Source of the DNA: Syntrophales bacterium
Lineage (GTDB): Bacteria > Desulfobacterota > Syntrophia > Syntrophales > UBA2210
Assembly (NCBI GenBank): GCA_963666365.2
Contig: CAXXNF010000002.1
Span: 832,001 to 896,000, forward strand
Reading direction: 5' to 3'
DNA: 64,000 nucleotides
The notes below the pieces were generated by a model, which was given only the letters and a program-made list of their open reading frames with translations, was not told where the DNA came from and did no database searches. This document shows, one piece after another, positions 10,726 through 20,759 of this stretch; position 1 is the first letter of the stretch; each line of letters starts with the position of its first letter. Position numbers and translations under genes: made by a program.

Positions 10726-12207
10726 ATGACCAGGTTTATAAAAATATTTTTCCTCTTCGTCCTTCTTCTCATGTGCTTTCTCATTCACCGCACTACTTCG
10801 GCGCAGGGAAACAAAGATTTCGTCCTCGTCATCAGAATGATGGGCATCCAGGATGCCTGGTTCAGGGAACATCTCATCCCCCCCTTTGAAAAGGCGCACG
10901 GCGTAAATGTCACCGTCGCCTCCTTTGATCGCTTCTGGGACCTGGAAGTGATGCTGACGCTCGACCGTCAAAGGAAGTCGCCGTCGATCGGTCTCGTAAA
11001 GACCCCTCTTGAAATGACTCGTCCCCTGAAACACTTCATGCGCCCCTTCGATGGCATCCTTAGAAAAGACGCCCTTGAGGCCCTGAAGGCAGCCTACGAT
11101 CCTGCGGCGCTCGAAAAAGGCATGATGGACGGAAAGCTCTATTACCTGCCCCGCAAACTGGAAACGCGAATAATGGTCTATGCGACATCGAAAGTAACCG
11201 AAGCGGTTGCAGGGTGGCAACGATTTGAACAGGATATCTCAGATGCCCTGTCGAAAGAAAACGGATTCGGTCTCCCCTCGGACTATACCCTGGAATCGGA
11301 CCCCAACCAGTGGGACTATTTCGATCTATTTGTCGCAGCCTGGTACTGGTCGCGAACACCTTACTATGGAATTACCCTGCCCCGCATGGGCCACAGGGGG
11401 AAAAAATACGGTGGAACGGTGGTCGGTCTTGTCGATCGCATCTTTCAAATGGGAGGCACAGCGGAAGATGTCCTTCAAATGGACTCGCGGCCTGTCGTCG
11501 ACATGTTTCTCTGGGAAGCGCTCTTCAGGAAAAACGGTCTCTACAACCCGGGCATGTGGCAGGATCCCTGGAGCGGTGGCGGCATCTGGAATGCCATGAA
11601 GGACGGAAAAGTATACCTGGCAATGATGCACCAGATCGATTGTTTTTTCATTCACGGAGGCACTCATCCCCAGATGCAGGGATATCTCACCGATCCGGAC
11701 GATATGGGCGTGGCGGTCATGCCCAGGGGCGTTTCCCTTGAGCTTGACAGTAATGGACAGCCGAGCCGCATGGGAAGCAGGAGGGCAGGAACTTCCGGAT
11801 GGTGGTGGGGAATTCCCCAGACCGCACCCGATCCTCACCTTTCCGCTGCGCTGGCACAATGGATTACCGGCCATGAAAACCATCGCGACGAGTGCCGCAT
11901 ATTCGGCATGATGCCGATACGCAGAGACATTACCGCCAACCTGAAGGGTGTGTTTCCCAAGGCCTGGATGGCACGTGTATTCGACACCTCGGTACGCCAG
12001 TTAATGCTGAACGGTGACGCCACGGCCCCTCTGCTTCCCGAATATTCAGAAATCGGCAAAATTTATCTTGCTGCATGGTACGACATCGTCGTGAAAGAAC
12101 ATTACGGATCGGGGGGAAAAATAGACCGAACCTTCATTAAGAAACGACTGGAGGATCGGTACGTTCCGAAAATACGGGCGATCCTCGGTGACCGATATTC
12201 GAAGTAA
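10726..12207 (+). CDS. ABC transporter extracellular solute-binding protein (CUT1-associated)
   Basis: Signal peptide from MTRFIKIFFLF, PFEKAHGVNVTV, DGKLYYLP; first gene of an SBP-permease-permease-ATPase operon. Confidence 0.8.
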   Translation: MTRFIKIFFLFVLLLMCFLIHRTTSAQGNKDFVLVIRMMGIQDAWFREHLIPPFEKAHGVNVTVASFDRFWDLEVMLTLDRQRKSPSIGLVKTPLEMTRPLKHFMRPFDGILRKDALEALKAAYDPAALEKGMMDGKLYYLPRKLETRIMVYATSKVTEAVAGWQRFEQDISDALSKENGFGLPSDYTLESDPNQWDYFDLFVAAWYWSRTPYYGITLPRMGHRGKKYGGTVVGLVDRIFQMGGTAEDVLQMDSRPVVDMFLWEALFRKNGLYNPGMWQDPWSGGGIWNAMKDGKVYLAMMHQIDCFFIHGGTHPQMQGYLTDPDDMGVAVMPRGVSLELDSNGQPSRMGSRRAGTSGWWWGIPQTAPDPHLSAALAQWITGHENHRDECRIFGMMPIRRDITANLKGVFPKAWMARVFDTSVRQLMLNGDATAPLLPEYSEIGKIYLAAWYDIVVKEHYGSGGKIDRTFIKKRLEDRYVPKIRAILGDRYSK

Positions 12208-12211
12208 AGAA

Positions 12212-12239
12212 GTTCTACGTTCTATGTTCTACGTTCTCT
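12212..12239. repeat. 7-bp tandem repeat x4
   Basis: gttctac gttctat gttctac gttctct. Confidence 0.8.
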
Positions 12240-12259
12240 GTGAGACGTTACGGTAACAA

Positions 12260-12340
12260 CAAACCAGACGGACCAAACAGACAAAATAGACCAAATAGAC
12301 CAAATAGACCAAACAGACCAGACAGACCAGACAGACCACC
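12260..12340. repeat. 9-bp tandem repeat x9 ending exactly at the permease ATG
   Basis: caaaccaga cggaccaaa cagacaaaa tagaccaaa x3 cagaccaga x2 cagaccacc ATG. Confidence 0.9.
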
Positions 12341-13231
12341 ATGCTACAAGGCATCAGAAAAAACGTATTTCCAATTCTCGCACTGCTTCCTGCCGTACTG
12401 TATCTGGTGGGATTTTTATTGATTATCCTCTTCACCGTCACCAAGTACGCCCTCAGCCTTCCAGGACCGGAGGGAACCGGTTTCCCCACGGCGTCAAATT
12501 TCATAACGCTTGCCGGCAATACTGAATTTACATCCGCCCTTCTCAGAACGGTCCTGTTCACGCTGGTGGGTACACCGCTTGAACTCTTTATCGGCATGGC
12601 GGCGGCTTTTCTCGTGGTTGAGAAATTCAAGGGTATAGGACTCGTCAGAAGTATTTTTGTGCTTCCCCTGGCCATTCCCGCCATCGTAACGGCGATCATT
12701 CTTTACATACTCTTCGACTTTCCCGGAGGGCACATTAACGATATTCTCACGGGAAGGTATGCTTTTTTTCCCTTCTCGCTGCTGTCATCCCCCGTCGACT
12801 GGCGCGGCTCGGGATTTTTCGCCCTCGCCGTGTCACTCTTCGGCAAGGTATGGCGCGACATGCCCATCTCCATGCTGATCATTCTTGCAGGGTTGCAGTC
12901 GATCGACAAAGATCAGCGGGAAGCAGCGGCAACACTGGGCGCATCATCTTTCCAGACATTCATGAAAATTACACTCCCTCTTCTGACACCCGCCATTGCC
13001 ACGGTGCTGGTGCTGCGGTCAATCGAACTCTGGAAGGAATTCATTTTCCCCTTCATTCTGGCGGGCAGCTACCCCCTTCTCTCCACCCTGATCGAACGGG
13101 CCTATCATGAATGGCGGAACCCCCATGAAGCATCGGCAATCGCCCTCGTCCTGCTTGCACTGATTGTGTGTTCAACGATCCTTATTTACTGTATGCTGGC
13201 CTGGCTTAAAAAGCGCCTTGTGCGGGTATAA
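12341..13231 (+). CDS. carbohydrate-type ABC permease (MalF/UgpA-like)
   Basis: Multi-TM; EAA motif LAGLQSIDKDQREAAATLGAS. Confidence 0.9.
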   Translation: MLQGIRKNVFPILALLPAVLYLVGFLLIILFTVTKYALSLPGPEGTGFPTASNFITLAGNTEFTSALLRTVLFTLVGTPLELFIGMAAAFLVVEKFKGIGLVRSIFVLPLAIPAIVTAIILYILFDFPGGHINDILTGRYAFFPFSLLSSPVDWRGSGFFALAVSLFGKVWRDMPISMLIILAGLQSIDKDQREAAATLGASSFQTFMKITLPLLTPAIATVLVLRSIELWKEFIFPFILAGSYPLLSTLIERAYHEWRNPHEASAIALVLLALIVCSTILIYCMLAWLKKRLVRV

Positions 13232-13234
13232 GAT

Positions 13235-14065
13235 ATGAAGCGTTTCAGAAACACAAGATTCATATGGCTGATCGGTACAGTGATGATGCTGTTTCTTGTC
13301 ACGGCGCCGCTTTTTATAATGGTCAAATACTCCATCAGCGACCGTGCGAGCGTCGTCACCGGAGGGGCGGTTATCCCTCTGTGGCCCTACCATCCGACGC
13401 TGGAACAATTCAAGGGCCTTGTCACTATGGATCGGTTTGTCCGATCCGCCCTTGCCAGCCTGGAAATTGCCCTCCTGGCGGTTGCGATTTCGCTTATGAT
13501 CGGCACTCCCGCCGCCTATGCCCTGGTTCGTTACCGGGTTCCCGGAATAATGGTGCTGGCAACTTTCCTTATTTCTGTTAGATTTTTTCCTGATATCGTA
13601 TCTGTCGTTCCCATTACGGAAACGTTTTTAAAGGCAGGGGTTATAAACACCGCCATCGGTGTGGCGCTCGCTCATTCACTGCTTTCAATTCCCTATGTGA
13701 TATTCATCGCCATGGGGGTTTTCGAAACGATACCCCGTGATCTTGATGAGCAGGCCCAGGTGCTGGGCGCCGGGAAACTCTACAGTTTCGTACATATTAT
13801 CCTTCCCGTTGCCCTTCCGGGACTGGCAGCGGCAGCCATTTATGTATTCCTTCTTTCCTGGGATGAATTTATTTTTGCCTATTTTCTTCTTGTCTTCGGC
13901 GATCTTTCCACATTGCCCGTACTTCTCAGAAAAATTCTCTCCTGGACGCCACAGCACAATCTCCTGGCCGCCATTTCGGTGCTCCTGTCCCTCCCTGTAA
14001 TCATATTTACCTTTGTCGTACAGAAGTATATGCGAACCGGCGCTGCCTCCGGCGCCATAAAGTGA
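13235..14065 (+). CDS. carbohydrate-type ABC permease (MalG/UgpE-like)
   Basis: FETIPRDLDEQAQVLGA, PGLAAAAIYVFLLSWDEF. Confidence 0.9.
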   Translation: MKRFRNTRFIWLIGTVMMLFLVTAPLFIMVKYSISDRASVVTGGAVIPLWPYHPTLEQFKGLVTMDRFVRSALASLEIALLAVAISLMIGTPAAYALVRYRVPGIMVLATFLISVRFFPDIVSVVPITETFLKAGVINTAIGVALAHSLLSIPYVIFIAMGVFETIPRDLDEQAQVLGAGKLYSFVHIILPVALPGLAAAAIYVFLLSWDEFIFAYFLLVFGDLSTLPVLLRKILSWTPQHNLLAAISVLLSLPVIIFTFVVQKYMRTGAASGAIK

Positions 14066-14075
14066 GATACATTCC

Positions 14076-15179
14076 ATGGCTGAGGTTATATTTTCCCGCA
14101 TAGCGAAGCGTTTCGGAAAGAACGAAGTGGTGCATGATTTCACCCTTACCGTCCACAACGGCGAATTTCTTACGCTGGTCGGTCCCTCGGGATGCGGTAA
14201 GACGACCACTCTCCGCATGCTGGCAGGACTTGAAGAAATAACGGACGGCGATATCTTTATCGACGGCATACGGGCAAATCACATCCCGCCGCAAAAGAGG
14301 GACATCGCCATGGTCTTTCAAAGCTACGCCCTCTTTCCGCATATGACCGTGGCGGAAAACATCGCTTTCGGACTCAAGCTCAAAGGGACTCCCCACGGCG
14401 CAGTTGTCGAAAAAATAGCGTGGGCATTGAAACTTCTCACGCTTCAGGGGCTTGACGGACGTCTCCCCCGGGATTTAAGCGGCGGTCAGCGTCAGCGGGT
14501 TGCGCTGGCTCGGGCGCTTGTGCTGACACCCAAGGTGCTCCTTCTCGACGAACCACTCAGCAATCTCGATGCGAAGCTGCGGCTGCGCATGCGGGCCGAA
14601 CTAAAGCGCATTCACCGCGATCTCCACTCGACGATTCTCTATGTCACCCACGACCAGATAGAAGCCATGAGCCTCAGCGACCGTGTCGCCGTCATGCATG
14701 AGGGATCGCTAGTCCAGGTCGGCACACCGATGGATGTCTACAGTGCGCCGGAGAACATCTTCGTTGCGGGCTTTATCGGAAGCCCCGCCATCAATCTCCT
14801 GCCTGCGCGCCTTACTACAAGGGGAACGGAGATTTTTATTGCACTTGAGTCCTGCCGTCTTGGAATTCCTGCACGATTCCACCGCGCCTGCCGACCGTAC
14901 CTGGAGCACGACATTATATTCGGCATTCGGCCGGAACATATTTACGACATGCGATTCTCGCAACAGGTAACGCATGAGGCTACGGCCGAAATCACGGTCG
15001 ACGTGGTGGAACCTCTTGGCGACCGCGATATTCTTGAAGTTACCATGGCAGGCATTCCACTTACCATGGTATCGGACGTCACGGGATCGGCATATTCAAC
15101 GATGAAACTTACTGTTTCCTTTGATATGGAAAAGGCGCACATATTTGACAAAAAGTCGGAGAAAAATATACTCATCTAA
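14076..15179 (+). CDS. MalK/UgpC-family ABC ATP-binding protein
   Basis: GPSGCGKTT, LSGGQRQRVALARA, LLLDEPLSNLDAKLR, YVTHDQ, FVAGFIGSP, TOBE-like GIRPE. Confidence 0.95.
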   Translation: MAEVIFSRIAKRFGKNEVVHDFTLTVHNGEFLTLVGPSGCGKTTTLRMLAGLEEITDGDIFIDGIRANHIPPQKRDIAMVFQSYALFPHMTVAENIAFGLKLKGTPHGAVVEKIAWALKLLTLQGLDGRLPRDLSGGQRQRVALARALVLTPKVLLLDEPLSNLDAKLRLRMRAELKRIHRDLHSTILYVTHDQIEAMSLSDRVAVMHEGSLVQVGTPMDVYSAPENIFVAGFIGSPAINLLPARLTTRGTEIFIALESCRLGIPARFHRACRPYLEHDIIFGIRPEHIYDMRFSQQVTHEATAEITVDVVEPLGDRDILEVTMAGIPLTMVSDVTGSAYSTMKLTVSFDMEKAHIFDKKSEKNILI

Positions 15180-15195
15180 CGGAGGAGGAACTTCA

Positions 15196-16347
15196 ATGGT
15201 CAGACAATTCAATACTACGCCAAGAATCGTGATGGGCCCGGGCGCCGTCCACTCGCTGGGACAGGAGGTGAAGAACCGCGGCGTGAAAAAAGTGCTTGTT
15301 GTCGCAGGGAAAGGTGTTATCGGCGCGGGACTGGCAGACCCTGTCGAGGCATCGCTGAAAACCGCCCGAGTCAAATATGCCCTGTTCGATCGGGTGGAAC
15401 CGGATCCCCAGTACGAAATTATTGCCGACTGCGTCGATATGATCAAAAATGAAAAGGCATCACTGGTGATCGGCCTCGGGGGAGGAAGCGCCATGGATAT
15501 CGCGAAGGCTTCGGCTGTCATGGCCGAAAACAGCGGCTCCATTGAGGAATATTTCGGCGTCAACCTGGTCCCCTGTCCGGGGCTTCCCACTATTATGATC
15601 CCCACGACCTCAGGATCGGGGAGCGAGGTAACCCCCATTGCCATTCTGTCCGATGAAGAGGAAAAACTTAAAAAAGGGATCGTCAGTCCCTATCTGTTCC
15701 CCTCAGCAGGGATTCTCGACCCCGAAATGACGCTGGGACTTCCGCCCCACGTTACAGCCGCCACCGGCATGGACGCACTGATTCACGCCATAGAGGCCTA
15801 TACCTCGGTCAATGCAACCGGCATGACGGACATGTTCTGCGAACGTGCAATCAAGCTCATCTATCGCAATCTTCGATCCGCCTATGCGAGAGGAGACAAT
15901 CTTTCCGCGCGGGAAGCAATGATGGAAGGCGCACTGCTTGCTGGAATCGGTTTTGCGAATGCCGGCGTGACGGCGGTCCACGCCTTTGCCTATCCGATCG
16001 GCGCGGAGTTTCATATCCCTCATGGTGTGGCCAATACACTGATGCTCCCCCATGTACTCCGTTTCAATGTGCAGGGTAATCTGCCGAAGTTCGCCGCGCT
16101 TGCAGGACCTTTCGGCATCCCCGCCAGCGGTCTCGACGATATAGAAACAGTGGATCGGATAATTGCGGCGATTGACCGCCTTGCCGGCGACATTCGCGTG
16201 CCCCGCAGTCTTTCCGAATTCGGGGTCACCCGTGAGCATATCCAGGTACTCGCCATGGGAGTGCTCAAGGTAACGCGCCTGCTCGCGAACAATCCCCGGA
16301 CCCTCACGCTGGAAGATGCAAAGGCAATTTATGAATCGGCGTTATAG
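15196..16347 (+). CDS. iron-containing alcohol dehydrogenase
   Basis: GGGSAMD, PTTSGSGSE, TGMDALIHAIE, VHAFAY...HIPHG; GGAGGAGG RBS before ATG 15196. Confidence 0.93.
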   Translation: MVRQFNTTPRIVMGPGAVHSLGQEVKNRGVKKVLVVAGKGVIGAGLADPVEASLKTARVKYALFDRVEPDPQYEIIADCVDMIKNEKASLVIGLGGGSAMDIAKASAVMAENSGSIEEYFGVNLVPCPGLPTIMIPTTSGSGSEVTPIAILSDEEEKLKKGIVSPYLFPSAGILDPEMTLGLPPHVTAATGMDALIHAIEAYTSVNATGMTDMFCERAIKLIYRNLRSAYARGDNLSAREAMMEGALLAGIGFANAGVTAVHAFAYPIGAEFHIPHGVANTLMLPHVLRFNVQGNLPKFAALAGPFGIPASGLDDIETVDRIIAAIDRLAGDIRVPRSLSEFGVTREHIQVLAMGVLKVTRLLANNPRTLTLEDAKAIYESAL

Positions 16348-16434
16348 CACAAGGGTATTGATATCTCGCAAGAAAGGTGTGGCGGGACGAGCGGCAAAAT
16401 TGGCTTCACCAATCCATCGCAAGGAGACCATCTT

Positions 16435-17739
16435 ATGGACAATAAATCATTAGACAGACTTCGCGCGGATGTTCTGGCCAAATCCTTCATCGGCGGCAAA
16501 CCATCATTTGTTGCCGCTGGGAAAGGTGCGACACTGACTGATGTGGAAGGAAGGAAATATATCGATTTTTCAGGCGGGATCGCCGTCATGAACGTCGGCC
16601 ATTCACACCCGAAAGTCGTAGCGGCCATTAAGGATCAGGCCGAAAAATTTACCCACACCTGTTTCATGGTACTCCCCTACGAACCGGCGGTCCGGCTTGC
16701 ACAACGTTTGTGCGTCCTCACTCCCGGTTCTTTTGCAAAACGGGTCTTTTTTGCGAATTGCGGCGCTGAAGCAGTGGAAAATGCCGTAAAGATCGCCAGA
16801 TACTATACCAAAAAGACCGGAATCATCGTCTTTGACCATGCCTTTCACGGCAGAACGCTTTTGACCATGACCATGACAGGAAAAGCGAAACCCTACAAAC
16901 TGGGATTCGGTCCCTTCGCACCGGAAGTATACCGCATGCCCTATGCCTACTGCTACCGCTGCCCATTCGGACTTTCCTACCCTGCATGCAACGTAACCTG
17001 CGCCGACTACCTCCATGAAATTTTCCTTCAAAGCGCACCGGAAACAACGGCAGCGGTGGTTGCCGAACCGGTGCTGGGTGAAGGCGGATTTGTCTGTCCC
17101 CCGCCCGAATATTTTCCCAAGCTCGTAGAGATCTGCCGTGACAATGACATACTCTTCGTGGCCGACGAGATTCAAACGGGTATGGGAAGAACGGGAGACA
17201 AAATGTTCGCCATGGCGCACTGGGGTGTTGAGCCCGACATTATGACCATCGCAAAAAGCCTTGCTGCAGGGATGCCCCTCAGCGCCGTTGTGGGGCGTGC
17301 AGAAATCATGAATTCCGTTCATCCCGGCGGTCTCGGCGGCACTTACGGCGCCAACGCCGTATCATGCGCGGCGGCACACGCCGTTCTGGACATTTTTGAA
17401 GAAGAAAAACTCCTCGAAAAGAGCGAGGCGCTGGGGAACAAACTGTGGGCCTCCTTTCAGGCCTTACAAAGCAAGTACGAAACAATCGGCGATGTACGGG
17501 GCAAGGGACCGATGATCGCCATGGAGCTGGTGAAAGACCGGCACAGGAAGCAACCCGCAGCGGATACAGCCGCAGCGGTTGTATCCTACTCCTATGAGCG
17601 GGGCCTGATACTGCTTTCGTGCGGCCCTTACGGCAATGTGATTCGTTGTCTCGCACCGCTCGTTATCACTGACAGTGAGCTTGACAAGGGACTCGCCATA
17701 CTCGATGATGCCTTTGCATCGCAGGAAAAGTGGCGCTGA
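16435..17739 (+). CDS. gabT: class III aminotransferase, 4-aminobutyrate/5-aminovalerate type
   Basis: DFSGGIAVMNVGHSHP, GAEAVENAVKIAR, FHGRT, EPVLGEGGF, DEIQTGMGRTG, AKSLAAGMPLS, PGGLGGTY. Confidence 0.85.
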   Translation: MDNKSLDRLRADVLAKSFIGGKPSFVAAGKGATLTDVEGRKYIDFSGGIAVMNVGHSHPKVVAAIKDQAEKFTHTCFMVLPYEPAVRLAQRLCVLTPGSFAKRVFFANCGAEAVENAVKIARYYTKKTGIIVFDHAFHGRTLLTMTMTGKAKPYKLGFGPFAPEVYRMPYAYCYRCPFGLSYPACNVTCADYLHEIFLQSAPETTAAVVAEPVLGEGGFVCPPPEYFPKLVEICRDNDILFVADEIQTGMGRTGDKMFAMAHWGVEPDIMTIAKSLAAGMPLSAVVGRAEIMNSVHPGGLGGTYGANAVSCAAAHAVLDIFEEEKLLEKSEALGNKLWASFQALQSKYETIGDVRGKGPMIAMELVKDRHRKQPAADTAAAVVSYSYERGLILLSCGPYGNVIRCLAPLVITDSELDKGLAILDDAFASQEKWR

Positions 17740-17765
17740 TCATCACCCGCCTTGTTCTTATGCCC

Positions 17766-19043
17766 CTATTCGGCCAAACCGCTCCATCGAGCCAGAAAAA
17801 GCGCATATACTTTCGCCGTATGGAGTATGCTCTCTATATTGACACGTTCGTTGGATGCATGAATGCTCTCCGCTACCGGCCCAAAGCATGTTGCCTGACC
17901 ATGGCCGAAGTGCACGAAGGTCCGCAGATCGGTGGTGCTTGTGCAAATATATTCCTCGGCATCAACATTCGTTAATAATTTATGGCATAAACTCAGCACG
18001 TCGAAGGCAGGAAGACTCCGGGGCACGCTGTGTCCGTCAGACCGAAAGGCATAAAATTCAATTTTGGGAGGATTGTCGCAAAGCCAGGGATCGGCGGCGG
18101 CCGCCTCTTCCAGCGCGCCGGTGATCGACCGGCATACGTTTTCATAGGTATCTCCCGGGAAATAAGCCATCCTTCCGTGCAGTTCCACCTCGGCAGGCAC
18201 GGTAGATGGCCAGTCGCCGCCTTTAATTATTCCTATATTTAAATTCAGAGGATGGTCTATCTCGCGATAAGCATCAGGAATATCTCTCCTATTCGCCTCG
18301 GATTCGAATTTCCGCAATGCATTGATGAGAGAATAACTCTTTTCAATCGCATTGGTTCCGGCCTGCGCCGAAAGGACATGGACCGGTTTTCCCATAATCG
18401 TCACCTTGAACCAGAGCACACCTACTTGACTGGTCAGAATTGTCGGTCCGAGGGGTTCAGGAATCAGCACCGCCTCTGCATCGTAGCCTGAGTGCAGGCA
18501 GGCGAGCGCCCCGTTTCCCGTGCACTCTTCTTCAATAACCGCCTCGATCGTCACTGGTGCGTTAAACCCGAATCCCGCTTTCTTTATCGCATAGACCGCA
18601 TATGTCATAGCCGCCACACCCGATTTCATATCGCCCGCCCCTCTTCCATAGAGCCAGCCATCCCGGACATAGGGATAAAAAGGATCACATTCCCATAAAC
18701 TGAGCGGCTCGGGGCTCACCACATCCAAATGCCCGTTGAAGAGCGCGCTTTTACCGTCCGTCCCGGAGGCTTTCTCAACCGCCACGATATTGTACCGATC
18801 TTTGTAATCCCAAGGCACCTTCGCAAATCCCGGATGATTTTTCAATGCAGCAGGATCGATCGGGACGGTCTGAGGAGAAAATCCGAGTCTGGACAACTCC
18901 TCTTCCATCAGCGTAAGAACCGACATCTCATTGGCGAGCGTACTCGGCTCGGCTACCAAACGACCGGTAAAATCAACAATGTCATCGGCAAGCTTGTCCA
19001 CTACATTCGAAATATGTCTTTCTTTCACACTTAGTTCCGTCAT
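17766..19043 (-). CDS. M20 ArgE/DapE-family amidohydrolase (deacylase)
   Basis: FNGHLDVV, GRGAGDMKSG, IEEECTGNG, IHASNE; GGGGGG RBS before ATG 19043. Confidence 0.9.
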   Translation of the reverse strand: MTELSVKERHISNVVDKLADDIVDFTGRLVAEPSTLANEMSVLTLMEEELSRLGFSPQTVPIDPAALKNHPGFAKVPWDYKDRYNIVAVEKASGTDGKSALFNGHLDVVSPEPLSLWECDPFYPYVRDGWLYGRGAGDMKSGVAAMTYAVYAIKKAGFGFNAPVTIEAVIEEECTGNGALACLHSGYDAEAVLIPEPLGPTILTSQVGVLWFKVTIMGKPVHVLSAQAGTNAIEKSYSLINALRKFESEANRRDIPDAYREIDHPLNLNIGIIKGGDWPSTVPAEVELHGRMAYFPGDTYENVCRSITGALEEAAAADPWLCDNPPKIEFYAFRSDGHSVPRSLPAFDVLSLCHKLLTNVDAEEYICTSTTDLRTFVHFGHGQATCFGPVAESIHASNERVNIESILHTAKVYALFLARWSGLAE

Positions 19044-19089
19044 TATCCCCCCCCTTATATCCAATCTGTTTTGAGTTTATTGTGTTCGT

Positions 19090-20412
19090 CTACCCCCTGA
19101 CGGCGAGATTGACGATAGCAAACGCATCGATTACATAGAGCATCCAGTGAATATCCCTTGCCTTTCCTGAAAGCAACTTCATGGCGGTATAGGCCAGAAA
19201 GCTCCATATTACCCCCTGGGTAATGCTGAATGTCAACGGTACGAGCACCAGGGCAAGAAAGGCCGGGATCGCTTCTTCGTACTCATCCCATCTTATCCGC
19301 ATGAGCGGCTGCGTCATGTAAATGCCTACAAGTACCAGCACAGGCGCTGTCGCCACGGAGGGGACAAACGACAGGAGAGGGGAACAAAACATAAAGGGAA
19401 TAAACAGAATCCCGGCGGTTATGGCGGTAAGTCCCGTTCTTCCTCCTTCTCTGATTCCCGCCGCCGATTCCACGAACACATTTCCCGATGAGGTGCCGAA
19501 CAATCCTGAAATGACGGTAGACCCCGCATCGACCAGCAGCGCCTTATCGATATTAAGGGGGATTCCATCCTTATCGACAAGGCCGGAGACCTCGGCAACG
19601 CCTACAAACGTCCCGACAGAATCGAAAAGATCGACAAAGAAAATGGAAAAGACCGGAACAATCATCCCCAAAGAGCAGGCACCAATAATATCGAGTTTAA
19701 GGACGACCTCGAATGACGGAAGTGCGAACAGGGTATGGGGAAAGGTGACAATCGGCTTCGAAAGGATCCCGAAGGCCATTCCCGCGTGTGAGACAATCAA
19801 TGCCATCAACGAAACACTTACAATCCCGATTGTCAGCGCGCCACGGATCCCTTTGATGGAAAGAACAGCCGTAAGAACAAAGCCGAACGAAAAAAGGAGC
19901 ACCGTAACACTGATTCCTCCAAAGCCAAGCAGCGTATGAGATGCGGGAACAACGAAGTCAACACTACTCAAACCGATAAGCGCCAAGAAGATACCTATGC
20001 CCGCCGCAAGTCCGTAGCGCAACGGAGGTGGTATTGCCTTGACAATTTGGGTTCGTATACCGGTCAAACTGAGAATGACGAAAAAGATGCCTGAGATGAA
20101 CACCGCACCCAGTGCGGTTTCCCAGGAAATCTTCATGGATAAAACAATGCCAAAGGTAAAAAACGCATTTATGCCCATACCGGGGGCGACTGCATAGGGA
20201 AGATTCGCAAAAAGTCCCATGGCAATCGAACTTATGGCACACACAAGAATTGTGGCAAAAAGGACGCCGGAGAAAGACATTCCGGCATTCGTGAGAATCT
20301 GTGGATTCACAACTACGATATAGGCCATCGTCAGGAACGTTGCCACGCCCGCCAGTAGTTCTGTCTTTACGTTCGTATTATGCTCGGTAAGATGAAAAAA
20401 TCGGTTCAGCAT
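19090..20412 (-). CDS. NCS2/AzgA-family nucleobase permease
   Basis: ELLAGVATFLTMAYIVVVNP, APGMGINAFF, VESAAGIREGGRTGLTA. Start placed at ATG 20412 (AGGAAAGG upstream); the ORF-track extension to 20505 reads through a repeat element. Confidence 0.92.
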   Translation of the reverse strand: MLNRFFHLTEHNTNVKTELLAGVATFLTMAYIVVVNPQILTNAGMSFSGVLFATILVCAISSIAMGLFANLPYAVAPGMGINAFFTFGIVLSMKISWETALGAVFISGIFFVILSLTGIRTQIVKAIPPPLRYGLAAGIGIFLALIGLSSVDFVVPASHTLLGFGGISVTVLLFSFGFVLTAVLSIKGIRGALTIGIVSVSLMALIVSHAGMAFGILSKPIVTFPHTLFALPSFEVVLKLDIIGACSLGMIVPVFSIFFVDLFDSVGTFVGVAEVSGLVDKDGIPLNIDKALLVDAGSTVISGLFGTSSGNVFVESAAGIREGGRTGLTAITAGILFIPFMFCSPLLSFVPSVATAPVLVLVGIYMTQPLMRIRWDEYEEAIPAFLALVLVPLTFSITQGVIWSFLAYTAMKLLSGKARDIHWMLYVIDAFAIVNLAVRG

Positions 20413-20433
20413 GACGAATAAGGTCCTTTCCTC

Positions 20434-20564
20434 GAGACCATTGCACAACCTCATAAAATCATCAATTTCGTCATACCAGCGAATGCCGGTATCCAGTTTT
20501 TTCATGCACTTTCTGGATTTCGGGTCAAGCCCAGAATAGCAGAAAAGGGAATTATGCAGGTCTC
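20434..20564. mobile_element. putative MITE (131 bp) with an internal REP-like palindrome
   Basis: Imperfect terminal inverted repeats GAGACCATTGCACAA / TTATGCAGGTCTC around GTCATACCAGCGAATGCCGGTATCCAG...CTGGATTTCGGGTCAAGCCCAGAATAGC. Confidence 0.55.
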
Positions 20565-20759
20565 TCTCCCGGCCGTGTCCCTCCTTTTACATCGGAAATC
20601 TTTGAAAAATCCCTTTGGACTTCCATATCGTCTTTTTTATACTCCCTTTAAAAGACTTGGGGAAGTTCAAATCCAGCATGTTTGTAATTATCTTCTTTTC
20701 AATTTAATGTGCGTGGTATAAGAATCGCTCTTATAAATTGCGTAAACAGGGATTAGTTA

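Noticed and set aside
12229..12699. ORFs with VCL/VYL or NRP tripeptide repeats (also 12240-12422)
   Set aside because: They are translations of the 9-bp repeat and overlap the permease; no RBS is visible.
20413..20505. N-terminal extension of the NCS2 permease
   Set aside because: It mostly reads through the MITE-like element; family similarity and an RBS support ATG 20412.
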